Assembly: GCF_000196355.1 (NCBI RefSeq) | Contig: NC_007614.1 | Coordinates: 390,001-422,000, forward strand | From: Nitrosospira multiformis ATCC 25196 | Lineage (GTDB): Bacteria > Pseudomonadota > Gammaproteobacteria > Burkholderiales > Nitrosomonadaceae | Direction of reading: 5' to 3' | DNA length: 32,000 nt | Notes under the pieces: generated by a model | Seen by the model: the letters and a program-made list of their open reading frames with translations, nothing else | Told to the model about the DNA's origin: nothing | Databases searched by the model: none | Program-made: the position numbers and the translations under genes | Shown: piece after piece, positions 16,767-23,612 of the stretch | Layout: every line of letters starts with the position of its first letter | Numbering within the stretch: the stretch's first letter is position 1

Positions 16767-16782
16767 AGCAATCCCTATGCCA
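16767..16782 (-). promoter_or_regulatory. Sigma-54 (-24/-12) promoter TGGCAT-AGGGA-TTGCT driving the PEP-CTERM gene
   Basis: On the - strand it reads TGGCATAGGGATTGCT, against the consensus TGGCAC-N5-TTGCW. The GG-N10-GC spacing is exact. The predicted TSS near 16756 gives a ~47-nt leader. An AT-rich tract lies upstream. Confidence 0.75.
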
Positions 16783-17377
16783 TCTTTTATATTATTTTAT
16801 TTAAGTTTTAATATCAGTTACTTATCAATCCTCGACTCTCTTGCATCCAGATTGAAGTCTCAAGGTGTAAGAAATATCGACAGCGCTCCTGCTTTTGTGC
16901 TTCTTCCAAAGCATTTTCGATACCTTTGTGAGGGCTTTTTCAGGAGTCGTGGTTGCTGGATATCCTGGTGCCAATCCCGTTGTGGGGCGATATAGAGTAT
17001 AGCCAATTACAGGGAGGGAATCATGGGACGAGTATTACGAGTATCATATGGCTGTTGCCCGTGAGGTCATAACATTTCCCGGCTTCCCGGATTAGAAGGG
17101 CAAGATTCCAAGAAAACTCAAGCAATGCCATCCGACCGGTCTTTCTCCGCCTGAAACACTTGCGGAGCAGGCCATTCGCGCCAGAAACAGCCAGCATTCC
17201 TTGCTGTAATCGAGATAAGACGGACCACTCTCGGGCTCGGGGATTCAAAATCCCCGGGGACTGCATCCTGAATCGACAGTCAGCAAATAGCCACCAGATT
17301 CCTCATTGTTCCAGACTTCGGAAGGAGACAAGTATTCCCCCAGACTTGCCAATGAATGAAGCGGGCGAACGGGCATA

Positions 17378-19432
17378 TTAAGCTCCTGCCCTCAGGCGCC
17401 AAAGCATCTGCTCCAGCTCGAGCCGGATAGACCGCGAAGCGGGTCTTTTGCCAGCCCCGATGCGCCCCATGAAAACGGCTCTGGTCGCGACTTCTTCTCC
17501 CAGAATATGACCAAGCCGTCGGGTCAGTGAGGTGGCGAGTGTAATGCATTGTTTTGTCTTCGAAAAGGGAATACTTTCACGACTATAACGTGCAAAAACC
17601 AGAGGAGTTATTTCCGGCTGCAGCTGCAGGCCAAGTTTAGTTGCTGTAAGCCAGAAGCGCTGCATAACGCGTCCTGCGCTCACGTAGTCATCGATGGATC
17701 GAGGCGCGTGAGGCGCCAGGATAACGAAATGCCCGCCACAGGCCATGGCGGGGATCAAATCCATCTGGAGACGCGGTGCCCAGGTTCCCGCCAAAAAAGT
17801 GTTAAAAAATTCGACACGATCCCAGCTTCCCATGATCCAATGCATTAACCGGGCTGTAAATGGATCAACTCCGAGTGCCTGGTCAGGTACTTTATCTGCG
17901 CTATAGCGGGAGTTCCATTGTATGATGGCGCGGTGCACCTGATAGGCTTCAGGCATAATCAGACGCAATTTTGCATTGTCGAACAGGAACCGGGCCATTT
18001 CCAGACGCCTGGAAAAACCCTCCAGCCACAAGATGTCGTACTGGGGTTTCACTGCAGCCTCTAGCGCACTCTTTTCTCTCCCGGTTAAAGGCCGCGTACT
18101 CATGGGGCGGCGTTGAACGCTGCGATAGCGTATATAAGGAATAAGCGGATCGGGCTTAAGATGCGGGTCACTCCCGAAATGGATATCGAAGGTTGGCTTC
18201 GTATCGGAACAATCGGGACGCCGCTGGATACTTGTTTTTAGGCCATGGCCCGTAGCGGCAATAGATATGGTTTCCAGCAATGCGCCGATTGAAATTTGAC
18301 TAGGACGTCCATCCAGGTCATAGACGCAGTGATCACGGGTGTCGAAACCGTGTATTGTCAGGGAATTGTCCCCGACGATCTGGAACCGCCAAGGCTGGGT
18401 ATTGTCTCCGCTCGGCGCCCACCTGGCAAGATCGAGGATTTGCTCGATTAATGTATATGACTTGAGCTCGGGTGGCCTTTTACTTTCGTCCTCACAGCCT
18501 GTCGATTCAGAGGGAATGATAGTACCCGTGGAAGAATAGGGCTCCGGATCTCCGAAGAGCTTGTTAGTATTTTTTTTGCTCAGGCGACGCCTTGCAATTG
18601 CGAGACTGAACTGCTGGAGAGGATTGCTGTTCCCGCCCGGACGCCAGGTACGGATCAGTTTATTGCGGTAGGCGTCGAAATGAACTCCATGTGGAGCGGC
18701 CAAAACCGTACCGCGATTCAGCAGGATCTTCAGAGCTTCAGTAGCTGCAATACCCGCGCAGAGTTGGCAACCCATTATCGTTGAGGGACCGCGGCGTTCC
18801 TTGAGATTGATGCTGGAGGGATCCAGCAGGTAACGGGCATGGAGACCAGTGGGCGCGAGTCCTATCAAGAAACGGAGGGCCTTTTCCACCTCGGGTAGAT
18901 CACCCCACTGAAAATACTCTTCGAAGGTCATTTTGCCAGGCAGGAAATTCAATAATGCCGATCCCATGCCTAAAGGAGCGGCCGTGATGGCGGGAATACC
19001 TCGCTCCTCACAGGCCGAAAACGTTACTGCGCGAGCTGAAAAGGCGAAAAAGTCGAGACCATCGATATACAGATCAACGTCCTCGAAAAATTCCGGCAAA
19101 TTATCCGGATTGACGCCCCGAGGAAAGATTTTGATATTCAGTTCCGGATTGATATCTCGTGCCATTGCGGCTAAAACCTCGCTCTTTGGCCGATTGAGGC
19201 TCGAGACCGTGGCGCCTACCTGGCGGTTGAAATTGACCAGATCAAAAACATCAAAATCCGCAATATGAAATGCGCCAATCCCCAGCCGAGCCAAGGTCAG
19301 CAGATGAATACCCCCTACGCCGCCCAGACCGGCAATTGCAATGCGTTTGTACCGTAGAATTTCCTGTTCGACAGGTGTTACCCACCCAATATTGCGGGAG
19401 GTGGCCTCACGATATGAGAAATCCTGAACCAT
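17378..19432 (-). CDS. Fusion protein: N-terminal ThiF/MoeB/HesA-type E1-like adenylyltransferase domain and C-terminal nitroreductase-fold (Acg/MoeY-like tandem) domain
   Basis: N-terminal Rossmann motif IAIAGLGGVGG, the FNRQ arginine-finger region and a DGLD motif. The C-terminal half begins LDLARWAPSGDNTQPWRF, the hallmark of Acg-type nitroreductase-like proteins. The overall ThiF+nitroreductase layout recalls mycobacterial MoeY (Rv1355c), from memory. Confidence 0.85.
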   Translation of the reverse strand: MVQDFSYREATSRNIGWVTPVEQEILRYKRIAIAGLGGVGGIHLLTLARLGIGAFHIADFDVFDLVNFNRQVGATVSSLNRPKSEVLAAMARDINPELNIKIFPRGVNPDNLPEFFEDVDLYIDGLDFFAFSARAVTFSACEERGIPAITAAPLGMGSALLNFLPGKMTFEEYFQWGDLPEVEKALRFLIGLAPTGLHARYLLDPSSINLKERRGPSTIMGCQLCAGIAATEALKILLNRGTVLAAPHGVHFDAYRNKLIRTWRPGGNSNPLQQFSLAIARRRLSKKNTNKLFGDPEPYSSTGTIIPSESTGCEDESKRPPELKSYTLIEQILDLARWAPSGDNTQPWRFQIVGDNSLTIHGFDTRDHCVYDLDGRPSQISIGALLETISIAATGHGLKTSIQRRPDCSDTKPTFDIHFGSDPHLKPDPLIPYIRYRSVQRRPMSTRPLTGREKSALEAAVKPQYDILWLEGFSRRLEMARFLFDNAKLRLIMPEAYQVHRAIIQWNSRYSADKVPDQALGVDPFTARLMHWIMGSWDRVEFFNTFLAGTWAPRLQMDLIPAMACGGHFVILAPHAPRSIDDYVSAGRVMQRFWLTATKLGLQLQPEITPLVFARYSRESIPFSKTKQCITLATSLTRRLGHILGEEVATRAVFMGRIGAGKRPASRSIRLELEQMLWRLRAGA

Positions 19433-19504
19433 TACCCGGGCCGATCAGTAGGAATAGGGGAGCAATTTGAGGTGAGCTATATATGATGTGAATGATAGCA
19501 TCAA

Positions 19505-19521
19505 TGCCAAATGCTTTGGCA
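19505..19521. promoter_or_regulatory. Perfect inverted repeat TGCCAAA-TGC-TTTGGCA in the 162-nt spacer between the FeeM-like and ThiF-nitroreductase genes
   Basis: Read directly: 7-bp arms and a 3-nt spacer, set in an AT-rich spacer. Confidence 0.5.
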
Positions 19522-19594
19522 GGGAAGACTGATGGAAAAATATCAGCTTCAAGGGCAGAAAAATTGCAGAAGTTAAAAAGCATGTACGTGAATT

Positions 19595-20413
19595 TCACGC
19601 AGAGGGTACCCAGACACCCCCGGTTTTCAGTCGCTCAGTAATGTTACCTTCATCCTCTGCGGAAAAAAAATAGGGGTAAAAAGATCTTTCGTTACCGTGT
19701 TGCTCCATCAATCCGCCGAATTTCCCAATTTGTTCGGCCATATATTCAAGTTTCACCCTAAGCAGCACCGCAGGTGCGTCAACACGGGTGCAAACTCGCT
19801 CTTCGGCAATCTGCCTGCATCCCAGCATTCTTTTATAGAAACCAGCGTGACGAGGGTTTACTTCTACCACCCAGTCAGTAAAACCATGGATATTTGCCGC
19901 ATAGATATAGCAAACATGAATCAGTGAAGCAAAAACCCGGGGAGGTACATTATCATCAATTGCAAGTCTGGAAGGTTCACACAGCCTTCGTCCCTGCGCC
20001 CGCAACTCATTCAGTTCGTCACCAAAATTCTCATCCGCGGGCAACGATGAATTGCCATCCACACACAAGGTCATGGTGCCTACTGTCTGGTTTGCGGTTT
20101 CAGCGATCAATGTAATCCTGTTAGGCTCGTTGATGACCGGCATATCAACAGAATAACCTCTCCAGGAATACCTTTTTTTTATGAGCAAGCTCGCGGCTTC
20201 ACGCTGATCTTCTGAATTAGCCATTCGAATATGAAAGCGCTGTTGATCGATAGAATGAGTGCGAACAGACTTGGAATCATGTTTCCCAATACAAATATCC
20301 TGCCACCGATAAGGAGACTCGAATGAAATTATCGCTTCGCTATCTTCACTATCATGAGGCAGAAAGTTATATCTGTGGGTAATGAGAGCATAAAATGGTT
20401 GAAAGATATGCAT
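19595..20413 (-). CDS. FeeM-like long-chain N-acyl amino acid synthase (GNAT fold), second and divergent copy in the island
   Basis: ...IRMANSEDQREAASLLIKKRYSWRGYS...TLIAE..NQTVGTMTLCVD....LPADENF..EL..LR..GRRLCEPSRLAID...VEVNPRHAGFYKRMLG resembles FeeM/NasY-type enzymes. The start is moved to the ATG at 20413 (MHIFQ..., SD GAGGA 8 nt upstream) because the track start (TTG at 20455) lies inside the sigma-54 promoter. Confidence 0.72.
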   Translation of the reverse strand: MHIFQPFYALITHRYNFLPHDSEDSEAIISFESPYRWQDICIGKHDSKSVRTHSIDQQRFHIRMANSEDQREAASLLIKKRYSWRGYSVDMPVINEPNRITLIAETANQTVGTMTLCVDGNSSLPADENFGDELNELRAQGRRLCEPSRLAIDDNVPPRVFASLIHVCYIYAANIHGFTDWVVEVNPRHAGFYKRMLGCRQIAEERVCTRVDAPAVLLRVKLEYMAEQIGKFGGLMEQHGNERSFYPYFFSAEDEGNITERLKTGGVWVPSA

Positions 20414-20454
20414 GTAGTTTATCCTCGTATAGCACTGAAGGTAAAAAACAAGCA

Positions 20455-20470
20455 AGCAATATCCATGCCA
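20455..20470 (-). promoter_or_regulatory. Sigma-54 (-24/-12) promoter TGGCAT-GGATA-TTGCT driving the FeeM-like / ThiF-nitroreductase operon
   Basis: On the - strand it reads TGGCATGGATATTGCT. Its half-sites are identical to those of the promoter at 16767-16782. The predicted TSS near 20444 gives a ~31-nt leader to the ATG at 20413. Confidence 0.75.
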
Positions 20471-20523
20471 TCTTTATATCGTGAGCTTTATCAGCTATCT
20501 AGCTATGTGTGTTACCGCACAGA

Positions 20524-20556
20524 CTGGATAACTGTCTCCTGTTGGAGACAGTCCAG
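20524..20556. promoter_or_regulatory. Strong inverted repeat CTGG-ATA-ACTGTCTCC-TGTT-GGAGACAGT-CCAG. It is a candidate enhancer (bEBP) site for the sigma-54 promoter and/or an RNA hairpin downstream of prsT.
   Basis: Read directly: a 9-bp perfect core plus a 4-bp outer stem. Its centre is about 97 nt upstream of the predicted TSS at ~20444 and about 115 nt downstream of the prsT stop. No U-tract follows it on either strand. Confidence 0.45.
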
Positions 20557-20656
20557 ATGCGATATCAAGTAGCTCACTGAAATTAAAAGGATTATTGATG
20601 TCGCCGGGATGAGACAGGGGTTGGTCGATAAGCGACTGATTTTGCGTGTTTTCACA

Positions 20657-23446
20657 CTACTGTATCCGCTCAAGAAGAGCTCTGGCTTCATCTATGCCTG
20701 AAAAGGTTTTTCCAGTAGCCAGAATTTGCTCAAGCTCTTTACGCGCCTGGCTTTTATTGCCAGATTTAACCAGTGCGGATGCAAAATGGTAGCGGATTTC
20801 CCCTGCTTGAGGCGCCAAAGAAGCGGCTTTCTGTAAAAGCGGTAGAGCTCGCGCGATATTTTCCTGCTCCAGCAGTACCCAACCCAGCGTATCCAGTACT
20901 GCCGGGTTTTCCGTAGCAAGCTGGTATGCCTTTTCCGCGTATTCCAAGGCCCTGGGGTCCTTTTGACGCTGATAAGCGGTAGCCAGGTTATTAAGCGCCG
21001 GAGCAAATTTCGGTTGTTCTTTCAGGACAGTTTGATATTGCTCCACTGCAGCAGCCAGTTTTCCCTCTGTGAGAAACGTATCCGCGAGGTACATTCGAGC
21101 AGATAAATCATTCGGGTGTTTTTTCAGCCATTCGATCAAGCGAAGGTCTGCCTCCTTATCTTTTCCAGCCTGCCTGAGCGATGCGTGCAGCTTGATCAAC
21201 AAGGGCGAGGTTTTATTAACCGCGAATGCCTGTTCATAGGCGCTTGCGGCAAGCGCGGGTTTTTTCTGTTTCAGCAACAGATCGCCCTCTGCTATATAAC
21301 CTGCGGGTGACCCTTTATGCTGCTTCTGAACTTGGCGCGCCATCGCGATTGCTTTCTCATAATTACCCTGTTCTGCTTCAATGTCGATCTGCGCCAATTG
21401 CGCAGCCAGATAATCGGGTTTTATAGCCAGCGATTTTTTCAGCGCATCTGATGCGGCGGAGAGGTTCCGCATTGCCATATGAATGGAGGCGATGCGGAAT
21501 TGAACAAGCGGGGATTCCGGTTGTACGACAGCGAGCCGGGCGTAGCTCTCCAAGGCACTCGATTTGTCATTGTTAGCTAGTTGAGCCTGTGCCAGTAAAT
21601 CCAGCACAGCGGAGTCCTTGGAATGTGTCCCCTCCAGTTTCTTGGCGAGAGCCAGGGCCTTCTGCTTTTCGCCCAAACGCAGATAATGTGTTCCAAGCAG
21701 GATGGCCGGCTGAAGGACATCCGGATTTGCTTGCATTGCACGCTCCAGCCACTCGGTAGCCTTCTGGTTCTGTCCCTGGTTGACAGCAAGACCCGCCAGC
21801 GCGACCATGGCCTGGATATTCTTCTTGTCCTTTTCCAGAATTGCTTCAAAGCGTTTTCTTGCGGCATCCGGTTTTTTATCCTGAATGTCGAGTCGTGCGA
21901 GATTTGCTATAGTCGGAAAATAGTTTGGTTGAATAGCAAGCGCTTTCTCAAAGCTCGCTCTTGCATTCGCTATATCGTTCTTGCCAAGATACACGCCGCC
22001 TTTCAGGTTTTGAATGAGGGGATTATCAGGATTCTCCTTCTCCAATGCCTTTACCGCGGCGAGCGCCTTGTCGAATTCTTTGAGGCGTAAATGGGTCATG
22101 ACCAGCAACACTCCTGCCCGCGGCGATTTGGGGTCGAGTTTTGTCGCTGTTTCCAGTTCGGAGATGGCCCGGGCGTTTTCCCCCTGCCCCAACCTGCTCA
22201 TGCTTAAAGCGGTATGAAGCATCGCACTTCTCGGTGCGATATCGCTGGCCATTTCAAAGTATTCCGTGGCTTTCGCAAAATCCTTGGCTTGCATGTAAGC
22301 TTCCCCAGCCAAGGCGAATAACTGGGGATCCTCTTTCACATTTTTGAGCGGTGGGGTCAGGATGTCGATCGCGCGTTTCGTCTCGCCATTTTTTAACAGC
22401 GCGGAAGCAAGCAGCTTGCGCGCGTAGATGTTTCCGGGATCTTTCTCCAGATAATGTTTCAGGTGTTGTTCCGCCTGGGGCATGGATCCGAGAGCAAACT
22501 GGACTGCGCCCGCGAGCAACACGCTGGGCATGTGATCTGGCGACTTGCTGAGTACCTGCTGGAGCGATTCCAGCGCGGCAGCGGGCTTTTGCTGGCTGAA
22601 ATCGAGCAAAGCCTGGGTATAAAACACCATCAAGCTGGGACTGATCTTCCGTGCCGCGTCGATATCTGCCTTTGCCGCCTCGAACTTGCCCGTTCCAATT
22701 TCGATGAATGCTTTGTTGATATAGGCAATGGCTGCGTTCGGTTTCAGCTTTACCACCTGGTCATACGCCGCCAGAGCTTCCCCGGATTTGCCTTGCATCC
22801 GCAGAAGGTCGCCCCTGAACAACCAGGCCTCGACATTTTGTGGGCTCCGGGAAACCGCCTGCTCCGAGAAATGGGTTGCGCCTTCCACATCCCTTTGAAC
22901 CAGGGAATATTTCGCCAAGCCGATCAGTGCGTCGGCAGAATCGGGATTGTGTCCGAGCGCTTGCTCGAACAGTGCCTTTGCTTCCGCGGTCTTGCCCAAT
23001 CCGAGCTGTGCATTCCCCCGGAGCGTAAGTATCTGCGCCGACTTTGTTTTGTCGGCCAGTTCTTTCGTTTCATCCAGGATTTGTTGATAGGCGCCTAGCC
23101 TGAGCAGGGCTTGTCCGAGTTCAGGCAGCACCTTGCCCGCATCCATTCCCAAGCTCAACGCCTTGCGAAGCTCCTTCTCCGCGGACTGAAAATCCCCAGT
23201 CTTGTTGTATATTGCGCCAAGCAGATATCGCGCTTCCGAATTATCCGGGTTCTGCTGCAAGGCATTTTTTAGCTGGATGATGGCTGACTTGTGATCCCCG
23301 CTTTCTTCGTAGCGCTTCGCATCCGCCATCAGTTTCACCGGATCCACCGCTTTGTTACAGCCTTGCATGCTGCTCACGGTGAGGGCGGCAGCGATTGCAA
23401 GCGTCAGCCCAGTCTTTTTTAAAACAGTCTTTCTAAAAGCGCGCAT
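20657..23446 (-). CDS. prsT: PEP-CTERM system TPR-repeat lipoprotein PrsT
   Basis: About 929 aa of tandem TPR repeats behind a lipoprotein signal (LTLAIAAALTVSSMQGC). The size and architecture match the PrsT family (TIGR02917 as I recall). I prefer the ATG at 23446 (MRAFRKTVLKK, SD GGAGAAGGGA) over the track start at 23488. Confidence 0.85.
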   Translation of the reverse strand: MRAFRKTVLKKTGLTLAIAAALTVSSMQGCNKAVDPVKLMADAKRYEESGDHKSAIIQLKNALQQNPDNSEARYLLGAIYNKTGDFQSAEKELRKALSLGMDAGKVLPELGQALLRLGAYQQILDETKELADKTKSAQILTLRGNAQLGLGKTAEAKALFEQALGHNPDSADALIGLAKYSLVQRDVEGATHFSEQAVSRSPQNVEAWLFRGDLLRMQGKSGEALAAYDQVVKLKPNAAIAYINKAFIEIGTGKFEAAKADIDAARKISPSLMVFYTQALLDFSQQKPAAALESLQQVLSKSPDHMPSVLLAGAVQFALGSMPQAEQHLKHYLEKDPGNIYARKLLASALLKNGETKRAIDILTPPLKNVKEDPQLFALAGEAYMQAKDFAKATEYFEMASDIAPRSAMLHTALSMSRLGQGENARAISELETATKLDPKSPRAGVLLVMTHLRLKEFDKALAAVKALEKENPDNPLIQNLKGGVYLGKNDIANARASFEKALAIQPNYFPTIANLARLDIQDKKPDAARKRFEAILEKDKKNIQAMVALAGLAVNQGQNQKATEWLERAMQANPDVLQPAILLGTHYLRLGEKQKALALAKKLEGTHSKDSAVLDLLAQAQLANNDKSSALESYARLAVVQPESPLVQFRIASIHMAMRNLSAASDALKKSLAIKPDYLAAQLAQIDIEAEQGNYEKAIAMARQVQKQHKGSPAGYIAEGDLLLKQKKPALAASAYEQAFAVNKTSPLLIKLHASLRQAGKDKEADLRLIEWLKKHPNDLSARMYLADTFLTEGKLAAAVEQYQTVLKEQPKFAPALNNLATAYQRQKDPRALEYAEKAYQLATENPAVLDTLGWVLLEQENIARALPLLQKAASLAPQAGEIRYHFASALVKSGNKSQARKELEQILATGKTFSGIDEARALLERIQ

Positions 23447-23612
23447 GTAAATTCCCTTCTCCGAATCAGCGACCAGGTCCACCTTCAAACTTATGCATTC
23501 CTGCAGCCGGCACTCAACTTTACACCTCTGCGCAATCCCCGTGAAACGGGGACCATCCGGTTTTCAGGAGGACAATCGATACCGAGGCTTTCCATTGGTT
23601 TTGCCACTACTA

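Noticed and set aside
17238-17256. Hairpin CGGGGAT-TCAAA-ATCCCCG, considered as the terminator of the ThiF-nitroreductase operon
   Set aside because: No U-tract follows it on either strand, and it lies 120 nt from the stop. It may still be structural, but it is not a canonical intrinsic terminator.
17021-17381. 81-aa (- strand) and 73-aa (+ strand) ORFs in the gap downstream of the ThiF-nitroreductase gene
   Set aside because: They are mutually antisense, Arg-rich, and lack an RBS or recognisable motifs. Neither ends in Gly-Gly as a ThiS/MoaD-like partner would.
19407-19598. 63-aa - strand ORF filling the FeeM-like/ThiF spacer. Its GTG overlaps the upstream TGA (GTGA), and it was considered as a possible precursor peptide.
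   Set aside because: It has no Shine-Dalgarno for either the GTG or the internal ATG. The region is AT-rich and of non-coding character. The sequence is hydrophobic and low in information, and it overlaps the ThiF start by 26 nt. I kept only the palindrome as a feature.
6500-23488. Interpreting the accessory block as a mobile genomic island
   Set aside because: I found no integrase, transposase, tRNA attachment site, flanking direct repeats or phage/conjugation genes. Codon and GC character look similar to the flanks by eye. It is better described as a lineage-specific chromosomal locus.
23494-23509. Sigma-54-like CGGCTG-CAGGA-ATGCA (- strand) about 50 nt upstream of the prsT ATG
   Set aside because: The GG-N10-GC spacing is correct, but the -24 hexamer matches only at GGC and the -12 box lacks the first T. 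It is much weaker than the two TGGCAT/TTGCT sites and too uncertain to annotate.
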